Shown here in pieces: positions 25,831-38,500 of a stretch of 64,000 bases of DNA. The notes beneath the pieces were generated by a model that was given only the letters and a program-made list of their open reading frames with translations, was not told where the DNA came from and made no database searches. Position 1 is the first letter of the stretch. The number at the start of each line of letters is the position of its first letter. The DNA lies in contig NW_004797305.1 of NCBI RefSeq assembly GCF_000002075.1, positions 1,749,575-1,813,574 of the forward strand, read 5' to 3'. The DNA comes from Aplysia californica (lineage: Eukaryota). The position numbers and the translations under genes are program-made.

Positions 25831-28800
25831 ATGCATAGAATAATTTATGATTGCTTTTGTTTATTGTGATATGAAGTACTTTGTGGCATTACTTTGGTCA
25901 GTAGAAACATGCGGTGAAACTTTTCTGTTGTCTCTGAGCTTCAAACTAAAACTTTGAGTTATTGACTTACATAAATGACATATATCAAATTTGGTCATGC
26001 CCCTTTCTCATTCAGAGTTTGAATCCCTTGATCTAGGTCTGCTTGTTGTATTTAACTGAAACACCAATCCCCCAATCCAGTGTTGTTCCTTGCCAGTACA
26101 TAATGGAGCCTTTTAACTGCTACCTCCTTTCCTCAAATGCAGTCAATGATATGAGGAAGCTGAATTACTCAAGAATGTCGGTATATATGATGTTCTTTCA
26201 AATGTGATCAAGACATTGTTCTAAGTTTAAGCTTTCCCCGCCCCATTATTTCCAGGAACTTATGATGGTTTAGTATCAAATTGACCAAAACAAGTGTGAG
26301 AAAGAATGAACATGCTCATGCAAAATTTCGTTCTTGGGGGAAAGGGCATAGGGCTCAGCAGTTTTGCCCTTCCAAATTTACAAAAGCTAACGGTATCACA
26401 TGATACAAGTGAGAGTTTATTTTACTTCTCCTCTCCATTTGTTTTTTGTGAGATGCTCTTTTGCCTCTGTTGTTTAATGAGAATGAGAGAAGGTTGATTA
26501 GGTATTGCTTTTTAACAGGTTTATTTAGGGTTTTTTATGTTTTGGGCATTAAAGTTAAAATTAATGTTGAAGATTTGAGATGAGTTTGCTTGCACACTCT
26601 TTATTTATTTAATTTTAAGTTGGTTTAAGAAAAATCTAATAGACAAATAAAGATTTGAACACCAATTTTCATCACTGACTTCCTTGTGGTCAATGTTTGA
26701 GGGCATGTGTGCTAGCACTATTCATGGTATAACTATTTTGAGTTCAGACTAGTGCATCGTTTTGTAGACGGTGGCTTCTCTCAGTTATGTCTTCCTCTAA
26801 TCAAAAATCGATTGAAGCAGATTTTCTTTAACAGATCAGTCTGATTGCATGATGATTCACGTTTCATCCATGAAGACTTTTCTACATGTGTTTTAGCCAT
26901 GAAGTACCTCTACTGATCGTTTCATCTCATTAAATTTTAGTTTACATATTTTGTATCATTTTGTTGGAATTGTTTCAGTGTTGCCATAGGGTCAGCTGCC
27001 TTAACTTTCTTCTTTGTTGAAGTCATAATATAAGCTTCAGCATGTTTCCTCATTTCAGTCGATGGGTAGTGCGTTGTAGTACTTATACGTGCAGGTCTGA
27101 AGGCTGTACATCGGTGAAAAATAATGCTTCACAGTCACAGAATCCATGCTCCGTTGCTGGTTTGTCTTGTTTCCCAGCATAACAAATTTGCTGTTTCTTT
27201 TAGATGTGTAGTTTATGAATGTCAGTTACAAGTGGTTCACATCATCAACAAAACTTCAAATTTACCAGAGATGCTGAAAATAAAACAAATACAGTTAAAA
27301 AGATGCTTAGTTAGGTGTTGGTTTCACAACACTTTATAACTTAACCACATGGTCATTTAACTCTTCTTAGTGGCTTGCCACTTTAACTGGCACACAGCAT
27401 CATTCAGTTGCTTACAGTCATAACTACCTCCAGCCAACCCATCATGAAATCATATTATTTGTTGCATGGATCCTTCATTTCTACTCAATTTGATGTTTAT
27501 TTTACTCAAATAGGTTAAAAAGGGGGCAGAGTTTGGGAAGTTTGTGATACTGAAAACTTAGATGATATAACTGGCTGCATACATGAGTGGAAGAGCCTTC
27601 CTTATAATATATTAAAGAGTTAAGAGAAGAAGTCATGGGGATTAAAACCCATCTCCAGTAGGATCAAGTCATGGTGGGAGAAACTTGAAAACACCCCAGA
27701 CAACCTAGATTTATATGCCTGTTGTTTTGAACCCAACTTCGCCACACCGCAATCCAACATAAAACCAACTGAGCTAATGATATGCCCTCTGAAACCTCAG
27801 AAACATGTGATATACTCAGGATCGGACACAGCTAGGCAACTATTGAAGTACATTAGTGAGACATCATGGTGAAATCAGGTGCTCATCAAAATGAAATCCA
27901 TGAAACCATCATTTTTCTGGCTGTTGGGCAATTTTTCTTCTTTTTTTTTCTTTTTTGGCACAACACTTTTTATGTCCATTTTAAAACACATTTCTTTGTG
28001 AATTTTACTGAAAAGCATTGATCAATGGCACAAAATATTTAAATTTAGTTTCCAAGGACACTCAAGTTTTGGAAGTCACAATACTTTGGTGGCCATTCTT
28101 TCTTGCTAATTTTACCTCTGACACTAGGCAACCCTCACCTCCTTCAACTTCAATTGCCAATATCTCGACTTCCATTAAAGATTAGTGGATACTTTATTCA
28201 GCAAAAGCTAAATGTACAGCTTTAAGACACTGACACCAAAAAACTCCAAGCCAAACGCCCAAAGTTGACGAGCGCCTCATTCCACTGCGTGGTGATGGTG
28301 GATGTGCCGTGGTTACATTGGACAAAGGCCTATATGATAACTCTATGATCTACTTTCTAATGTGGAGAGGGTATTGAGATTGAGATGAACCCCCTTAAAA
28401 TGTGTATACCACTTTTACTGTACTAGTATTACTTTTACGAGATAAAATTGAAAATATACATCTTCCAGTTCAGTTAATGATTTCATAAAAATACATGCAT
28501 GTACACTTATGTAACACAAAGGCCCATAGTGGTCTCTTTTTGTTGTACAATGAAGCAGCCAGTTAGTTCATTTATTTAAAGTGCTTATTTTGTTCCTTAC
28601 TTTTCAAACTTGACATAAAACTGAAACACAGAAAACCCTTTAATTTTAATTGTAAAATTTAGTAATTTATACACGTGGATATGAAGCAGACCAGGGTAGC
28701 TGGTCTACCTTGCAGTACCTACATACATAGGCGGAAACTAGTTTTGTATGAGTTCCTCTAGTGGGGGAGGGGGGGGGGCAGAGTAGGATAGTAGGCTACC

Positions 28801-29638
28801 AGGACCTTCCAGGTTTACTGACAAATCGAAATATATATATATATTGTTTCTGTTGTTGTTGTTTTTTGTAATTTTAGTGATGGTTCGAAATGAGCCTGAA
28901 ATCTGCCTTCGGTCTGCTGACCAGACATGTCAGTGTGTCAAAAGTTATCCCCCCGCCCCTTCTGGCTACTATTTATACATGTGTTCAAGTGCTAGCTTTC
29001 CAGTGTGTTCGTGTTTGAAATGAGGAAAAGCGACAAGATGGGACCTTCTGTTTACCAAAATGGAACTCCAGACGCCAAATGTATGATGTAGGCTACCATA
29101 AGTATCTGGGTCAGCGATTCCATTGGGCTACACGCAATGCTGAGAATCGCGGTAAAACAGGAGCAAGTAAAGAGGAAATATTTACTTGTACATTTATTTT
29201 ATTTTTTCTTTACACAGAACAGGATTCGAATTCTGAACAGTTTTTTTGTTCCCAATCATCGAGAAGAGAGGGGGGGGGGGGTCAATTTCAATACAAACGG
29301 AACCTTACAGTTAGAGGAGGCCTAATATAGCGAGAGAAAGGGAGGGGGGAGGGACGCGATACCAATGAATCTCTTCCGAGATTTGCTGACTTGTCTGAAA
29401 CGGCAAGGGAGAACGGGTATGGAAATGGAACCTTACTTCTTATTCGTCACGAGCAAAAATAATGTCGGGCATTCTTACGTATGTGACTGATAGAGCAGTA
29501 GCACAACACTAAAGCAAAAATAAGGATTCACAAAAAGACATACCTGCTCTGCATCTGGGCATAATAATAATAATAAATTTAGTTAATTGAATGACCCTTT
29601 CATTGAGAGAGGGCTCTCGTGGTCTTTTGTTTTAATAC

Positions 29639-30088
29639 GGTTTTACGGCGCTCGCAACTACATAATGGTTATTATATGAGTACATGTATTATGAGCGCTA
29701 AGGGGTAGATGTCAACAGAGAAGTCCAAACGGGGAATCAGGCTTACTCTGCTCACCTCTCTAGCCTCAACAGCACAAGTGTGACAAGTCACAAAGTCTGT
29801 TTCGACTACCAAGGCACCCCAGAAACAACAGTTCACCAGAGAGTGACAAACATGATACAAAAGAAATATCGTAGAGGAAAATGACGATAGTAAGTAATAG
29901 TAGTGATGAGGAAAGAAAAAGCAGCAGCCCCGTATGTTGTTCCGGCACAGTATGAGCATGAAATTGATGATGATAAATCAGCCCATTTACAATTCTCTAT
30001 GCATAAACACGTATGCTAATATCATCCCTTTGGGAATGGCCGAAAGACAACGGTACCGGTACTTCAGTCAGTAGCACTGCCCTGGAGT
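29639..30088 (-). mobile_element. Retroposon family B
   Basis: Reverse-complement match to the other family B copies. Confidence 0.7.
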
Positions 30089-30107
30089 GGGGGGGGGGGG
30101 GGGGGGG

Positions 30108-30922
30108 GTGTTCGTCTCTTATTCAATAGGTCGTGGGTTCGAATCCGGATAGCGATGGAAAATGTTCTTTTCTAAAATTTTCTCCTTTCCTGTTCTCTAA
30201 GTACTTAGACTCTAAGTACGTACTTTAACACTTTAACAATGTTCTGCCGTCTGCTTTCGTCTCCACTTCTGCCACACCTACTTTGCCCCCTCCTCTGGGC
30301 TCCTGACTCTCTCTGCAGCCTTTCTACTGCTACATGACATGTACTCCTTGGCCCCTTCTTACTGCTGTCTTTCAGCCACACCCCTGATCTTCAAAGATAT
30401 ACAACTAGCTTTCTCGGATAAGGGGTGGGGGGTGTTCGCCTCTCATTCAATAGGTCGTGGGTTCGAATCCGGATAGCGATAGAAAATGTTCTTCTCTAAA
30501 ATTTTCTCCTTTACTGTTCTCTAAGTACGTACTTTAACAATGTTCTGTCGTCTGCTTTCGTCTCCACTTCTGCCACACCTACTTTGCCCCCTCCTCAGGG
30601 CTCCTGACTCTCTCTGCAGCCTTTCTACTGCTACAATGTACTCCTTGGCCCCTTCTTACTGCTGTCTTTCAGCCGCACCCCTGATCTTCAAAGATATACA
30701 ACTAGCTTTCTCGGATAAGGGCGTAAAATCTCGGAGGTCCCATGTGCAAGTTGTGCATGTTAAAGATCCTTTGGTGGTCCAAATTCGATAATAAGAGTAG
30801 GCTTCGGCGGCCACTCGGGCAAAAATCAACATTTCCTACCAAATGAAAATGTTTAATGTGTACCTCGCGCTCATATGACCTTTTGCAGTTGCGAGCGCCG
30901 TAAAACACTTACCAAAAAAAAT
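30108..30922 (+). mobile_element. SINE family A, 5'-truncated, with tandem duplication of about 310 bp
   Basis: About 30108-30424 is repeated at about 30431-30721; only the second unit continues into the tail GCGCTCATATGACC...GCGAGCGCCGTAAAAC and an A-rich end. Confidence 0.8.
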
Positions 30923-31944
30923 TAAAAATAAATAATAATTGAGATTGAGATTTTTTAAAAACGGGGTTGAATTTTAAGTGCAGTCCGGACAGTGAACTAT
31001 GACCTCTGAACTGTGGCTTTCACCTCTTTTGTTATGGTCCTGAGTGCTGATGCCGTGTAAAGAGCTTCGACAATGCTGGCTCTTCTCAATCCTGAGTCTT
31101 TAATTTTTTACTATTTTGAAAAATTGGCACCCACACGCATTAATACACTTCAAGCTCATGTTTGCACCAGGGATGAGAAGCTGACCTGGCCTGCTCCTTT
31201 CTAAACTCTAGATTCTAGATCTAGATCTAGATTATTGGATTTTCATTCCGTCCCCAAACCTGTGCCTGTGGGCCAGTCGTGTACTGTGTGTGTAGCAATG
31301 ACAATGGTGTTTATATGTTATCATCATTGAGAGTAGTGTGTCTGTTGTCGAAGGATTTTTCTAAACTCAAACCAAACTTGATAGAACCAATGATGATACA
31401 TAACATTATATGTATCATCATTGATAAAACATCGGCTAGCAGAACATGCCATACAACAGGTTATCGAGGGTATGCAGACACTGAGTCAGAATAAATCTGC
31501 TTACTTTAAACGAAGTGACTATTTCTCAGAATGTTCGGGAAAAATAAACTTGAACTCTATTTCTCCTAACTGTTTCCGTTCTCGATATTTTTTGGTTATT
31601 TGCGAGATTTAGGCATCTCCTTTCATTGTGCCATTCTGCGTGGACTGGGAAGAAGCTTATTTTTTGTATCAAATTCAATTTCTAGAGCTAGAGATTTTTA
31701 AATGTCTAAATATTCAGATACTTCAGTTGTGGTTAGGGCAACGCTCCCGGACTATACTTCATTTGAAAATACCTTCAAAATGTACTGCGAGAAAACAAGA
31801 CTAATTATCGACCTTGAGTAACTTATTTTGCATTTAGTCACTCAGCAAAAACTAAAATCCTTCATGTAAAAAAAAAATCCCGCCCCTCCCCCTCCCACCC
31901 CCATGTCTCGTTCACACCTTATAGACACACCACATGCACACACG

Positions 31945-31980
<36 letters not shown>

Positions 31981-33046
31981 ACTCATACGGGCCACTCCAT
32001 TCGCAATTATTATCTACAAATCTCGAGAATGGAAACCGTTCAGAGAAATAGAGTTCAAGTTTATTTTCCTGAACGTTCGGAGAAATAGAGCCAGCCTTTA
32101 TTAAATTACTGTGGGTGTCGCGTTCGACGAGATTACATTCATCAACGAGAAGTCGGCTCCAACAAGGCAATCCTTAATCCCCGTTTTTTTTCCTCTATAT
32201 ATCTCTTTGTAAATGTACGTCAGCTCCAATGAGGTTGCAAACCGACCGAAGTCGCTTTCAACGAGGTCGCGATATAAAAGCAATCAGCGGCCCTAAAAAC
32301 GAAGAATTTTTCTCCTTTCTCTCCATCTCATGCAAGCTCAAGGCCCATCCTCGATTCCTAACACATTGTATTGCTAGATCTAGTGTGACTCATAATGTGC
32401 CCCAAAGCCAAGAGGATGGGTGAGGGTTGGCCTACAGTAGGGATGGAAGGGGGTGGTTGGGAACGCGATGCGGGCTGTGTCAAACTGGATGAACTCTGGA
32501 TGGGTAGGTCTTTTTTTTTTTATAGTAAAGGGTTTTACGGCGCTCGCAACTGCATAAGGTCATATGAGCACCTATGGGTAGGTCTAGATCGAGACCATTT
32601 TTTTTTCAATTTTCTTTTCTTCCCCTGATCAGATAATACAAGCTCCTGCCTTTACTTTATGTAGATCTAGGCCTAAATGTGAGAGGGTATGTGTCCCCAC
32701 AAGAAGTGTTCAGAAAAAAAAAAAAATTTTTAATGCAGAAATGACGGTCACAACACTGCTCGAACACGCACACACTGATGCTGTTTGAGACTTTCGTCAT
32801 CAGGGGGAACAACTGTTTTAATTACTGGTATTGGTACATTGTGTAATATAACAACTTGTCTTCTTTCTTTTCTTAAGCCTTAGTCACGTTTAACGAGAGG
32901 TCGGATCCAACGAGGACAACAAGCCGGTCCCGGCAACCTCGGTGCGATACCCACTGTGCAAATTTCTTCTCTAGATCCATATCAAGTATACCAACCAAGA
33001 GTGACTACGATCTCAAGCTGAAAAAGCAAATTTATTCTATTTAAGT

Positions 33047-35553
33047 ATGGAAATCAGTCAGGAAGACGTAGTTGGCTTTGTAGGTAATGTTTTTTGCAAG
33101 AGGGTCCAAATTGTCAAGAGACTGTTATCATACGTGGACATAAACTGGCTTGTTGAAGAAAGTGAAACAGGATTCAATTATGTGTGCAAAATTTTGAAAA
33201 ATAGAGCGTTAGAAGAAAAGAACAGTAAGATTAAGCAGCAAATAGACTGCGTTCTGCATCTCAAGAAGCACGGATTCAAGTGTTCAGAATTTGTAGCAGG
33301 GAAAGATGGATCATTTCTACAAACGTATAAGTACACAGGTGAGGTCTGTTGTATAGGCCTATTGTTGTCTGCTTTAGATATAGGCTACAGTTTTGGGGTA
33401 TTATTTTACTTTTGCAGCCTTTTCATATATATTCAGAATTCAATAGAAGCACTTTTCTTGTTCCTTTTCATCCTTTTTACAGACACGAATATGTACAATA
33501 TAAAGTATAACACTGATAGCTCGAATTCGTCGGGACAGACCTTTGTAGTTCAAGGGATCTGTAGTTCAAGGGATATTTTACAAAGATAGAGAAGAAATTA
33601 AAAAACGGGACATTTCGACGGTTGCATGATTTCAAATCTGCTGTGTTCGACCTATCCATATTGTACTGCATTCAACTTTATATTCATGCGCAAAATTTAT
33701 AGTTAAAAAAATATCAAATGTTAAATGTTTTATGCCTTTATACAAACCATATTACAACAAGCCCAATTATGTAGTAATATTTCATGTGTTTTTAATGAAC
33801 TGAAGCTGGGTTTCACTGACCTGAAAAAAACTAGGGTTGTTTTTGTTGCGTTTTTGGGGGGGGGGGGGGGGGAGGGGGAGGGGGGGGTTCACTAATCAAA
33901 TATAATGTTTGCCTATTTTTAACCATGAGACACTAATTATTGGCAGTTAGATATCATTGATAAGTTTATATTTGTTATCTGATCTATAAATTGATGTATG
34001 ATTTTTTTTTATGAGAGTTGCTATTGATGGTCACTTGGTTTGATTTTTTCTTTTCCGAGGACTTGATGGACAAAGTTTCAGTCTTTTGGGCTTTCTGTAT
34101 TCTTTCATCCCTGGGACTGAACTTGAAAGTACTGGTTGTGTGAATGAATGTGCGGTAATATTTGAGCTGGGAATGCTGTTAGGACATTTTCATCACACGT
34201 TAAAAGTAAGTACAACATTGTTGTGTTGAAGCTGTGAAATTAAATTAGAAGTCTCTTAACCCTGTCCGTACATTGTTTTTACTATCGTATCCATACAACG
34301 TAGGGCTGTGCTCGTTAATCCAATCCGTACGCTTTGCCTAGCAGTCTGTCAAAACGATTTTTGGAGAAATATTGAAAGTTTCAAAGAGATCTTCGTACTA
34401 GAAGTATTTTAAAATGTGAAGAATACAACCCCGGAGGTACAAAGAGACCCCAGGGTGTACGGATAGGGTTCATATGTTACATCTTGTTTTGAAATGACAG
34501 TCACTACAGTTGATTTGAACAAGGGCCCCAGAATAACACCTACATAAATATGGCGTTTTCATTTTAGTGAAATGATTTGCTCACAAATTTAGTCACACAT
34601 TGTACAAATTGAAAGTTTAAATGTGGACAGGAAAATCTGAAATTGTCAGATCTATTATAAAGACTTATAGATTGAAATCTCTTTATTAAATATACCATCA
34701 GTATTTTTTTGGCCAATACCCTAGCAAAGATGTGTTAGTGCTGTATGCTCCATGAAGAATATACTTTAAAATAACTTTTGTTTTAAAATGTAGAAATGTT
34801 TTTATGCCTCCATCAACACAGTTTAAATCATTTAGGAGGCGGGTGTCTGACCCACTGTATCACGGTCAATCCTGGTTGAGAGGAATACAACATCCCAGCA
34901 GAAACATTGAGATGCTCGATGAAAATCACTCCCCACTTGGAAATCAAACTCAGATCCCCTGCGTTGGACTGCAAAGCACTTAAGCTCTATTCCATAGATG
35001 CTGGTGGAGAAACAGTATAACACGGAGGTTGAACACTGAAGACTCCAAATCTCGCATCCGTCGAACTGTGCCTGCGGTCCCATTTTTTTCTTCTTTATCT
35101 TTGTAAGATCCCTTAAACTATGGATCCCTCGAACTACCGAGGACGATCCCGACGAATTCGAGCTATCCGTGTTATACTGTACTTCCTCGTACCTTACACG
35201 TTGGTGAATATGTTAAAAACAAATAGAGGACGCAAACAAAAGGTCATTATGTATTGAACATTTATAAAGCTGGGTATGTGTGTTTTTAGAAAGGTATAAT
35301 TTTCTTTGTCTTTGTCTATTTAAGTCACATAATAAGGAATTGGTTGAAAGCTGATTCTCAATACAGTGGAAACCATATAACAGGCCCGGTTATAGCAGAG
35401 ATCCGGTAATAACATTTTTAAAATCCCCGTTTTTTCCTACTCTTTGTCTCTATTAAAAGTTATCGGCAATAACAGGGCCTCATCGGAGCCCAATCAGTTT
35501 TAGCAGGGACAGAGGCTTGTTAACTCTATATGTAAAAAGTAAGGGAGAGAGGA

Positions 35554-35595
<42 letters not shown>

Positions 35596-38500
35596 TAATG
35601 CCGTGATGGAGCAAGAACATGCAAGCCACGCCACTGCAAGCACACGCAGTGGGTGAAGCGAGAGAGGGCTGCGGTGTGCTGCAGACTTCGATCTAGCCCT
35701 AAGCCTAGCTACACGCACACATAATGTGTCATGAGCAGGCCTGCCACATGGCTATGAGAGAGGGCTGGATTAGTCCACATATGCTTCTTTCCCTTACATT
35801 TCTGATTTTACAGGGATCTGATATAACAGGACTTTTTCTCTGGTCCCACCATCCCTGTTATATCAGGTTTCCACTGTAACTTCATGGAAAGTGAAGCTAT
35901 TATCAATAATCACCCTACTTGGATGAATTGTACCAAAGATAGTAAATAACAAGGTGAGCCACTCAGCCAAAAAAGTGTCCGCAGGAAGTATGCCCTTTGC
36001 TTCAGATGGCGCTGCAGTCTGTTTTGAAGCTCTCTTTCGTTTTTCCAGAAGAAGATTAGGAATAGCACCTCCTTGCGTGCGCAGATCGACTGCTGTTCAT
36101 CAGCAGTTTGGGTACGTTCAGTGCGTAGTTTTAGGGGTTTTTTTTATTTTAATGACCTCTCGCCTTTCATTCTAAAGTCAAATTAAACGAAGAAAACCAT
36201 CACCCTTTCCTCCCGAAGAGGTTTTTTGTCAGCGTAACCATTAAAAAAAAGCGTTCTTCCGAAATTTATCCCAAAACATGCTAGTTTCACTTTGATTTTT
36301 AAAAACTCAAGTAGGGTAACTCTGTTCGCAAAGAGTGCGCTTTTGTGAAGAGGGCGCCACCAAATTTTGAGGACACTTTTTTAATTGGCTCAAAGAGAGA
36401 AGTGGCCCATCTTGTTATGTACTATCATTGATTGTACATAACAGCTTGCACTAAGAAAATTAATTCCATCTTTTTAGACAACAAACATCCCTTGTTCCCT
36501 CAAATAAAAACATCAGTCAGATGTGTGTGTGTGTGTGTACTCGTGGTGGAACACCAAACCAATGTGCCAGGATCTGGACAATAAAGATGTATCTTATCTT
36601 ATAACGAATAATACATCACTGATAAATAGATGCTAATTCTGTTCAATTGGTTTTTTTTGTATTTTTATGAGCAGTAACCATCTTTAGAAGAATTGTGTTT
36701 TCCATATAAACTCATGCGATCTGATTTTTTACTTTTATAGGACTTGCCTCATGATAACTTACTGCCGGACCTGGAGGAACCATGGTACATGTCAAATATA
36801 GGCCTCCTTTCCGATATGGAGTATTTGCAGGTTATCGAGGTACTGTTACTAAAAGTTATGAGAATATATTACACACATTTTCTTGTCAGTAAAGCAATTT
36901 TAAAAATAAACTCTGACATTAAAATGTCTGTATGTGATTAGTAAGAGTAGGGGCACAGTATTTTTTAAATTTTGAAAGTACATTTTACACCAATGTTTCT
37001 CAACACCTCCCCCCCCCCTTTCCTATACACATGCTGTGGGTTTGCTGATTATACCTCTTGTGAATTATTAGAGAGAAACTATGTTTGTCCCACTAATCTG
37101 AAGAACTATGCACATGAAATCACTGTACACTCATGACTATTGACTCATACGCATTTAATATTCTTTCAATCATAAACTTTGAATTAACTTTTCCAGAACA
37201 TCCCTAGATCTGTTCTACCCTTAATATGTATTGTCTTTTGCTTTTTATCTTTTTCTAATCAGGAGCTAAAGTGTAAGTGAATCCACCTTTGTTTGCTAGT
37301 TATTGCATATTTTACTGAGCTCATATTTCTCTAGTTTGTGTTTTTGAAGTTCTTGGTACATTCTTCATAAGCTTATATATATATATATCACCAAATCTTA
37401 AAGCATTGTCATAATTTTACTTGTGTGATGTTCAGAATTATGGTTGATATCCAAAGCAGAGATGTCTGCAGTTTCATAATGCATACCTGTATTATATGTT
37501 CAGTCAAGGCGGGATTTTAATCAGGGAATATATATTTAAGCCCTTATTTATTTGCCTTAAAAGGCTATATTTTATTGTGTAAAAGACCTTTGATTTTTGT
37601 TAACTAAATTGTGGTGTGTTTCAGGATGGCCCACAGCGTATAAGGCTCAAAGCTATGATAGAAGAAATTGACTCGACTTTTTCAGCTGTTCAAGACAGGT
37701 TGAGTAAAGGTGAAAATTTTTTTTATCTTTCTTAATTCTTATCAGTTTTAGTTGGTATTCCTTATTATTTTTAAAAAGAATTTATTGCAAAACTCACTAG
37801 AGCCCCCAAAATGAGATTATGATCTATACGTGTGTTATAGTCTGTCCTCAGAGGATTTCACGCCCGCAACCCGCAACTTGCGGGCTCGCAACTTTTGCCC
37901 TTTTGCGCAACTTTTGCCGTTTTGGTGAGTTTGTGAATTTTAGCCAATTTTCTGCAAAATTTGGGAAAATAATAATAAAATTTCGTTAATGAGCGGGTGA
38001 AACTTTCTTCGACGACTAAAAATAACGACGCCATGGGGGACAGTTCGTACCAGAAATACCACTTCCTTTGTCTTCTTAGTCCTGTTTATACAAGAAGCGG
38101 ATTGTTGAGAGAGAGAGGCATTCACCTGGACTGAATCGTCTTCTAGCTTGATATCTATCTACAGTAAATCAATCGTAAACACGATGTTGTGCCATCTCTT
38201 TCTGGTGTGGCTTTGCGCTACTTTTTTTCCACATGCACATCAGGAGAAGTGGAGAGAAGCTTCTCTCTTTACACATCGCTCGTTTACTGTGGGCGTAGAT
38301 CTCAGTCCGAAGAAACAAGCATGTCCCTTTTATTCCTGTGGTACAACCATTTGCGGATATTGATTTTTTTCAATTGAATTTTTCATTTTGTTTCTAGATC
38401 TAGTCTACTTTGTATCCTGCGTAAAGACTTTTCCAAAGAACATTTTTATGAAAATCTATGTCAATAGATTTCTATATTTCATACATATGACATTTGCTCA

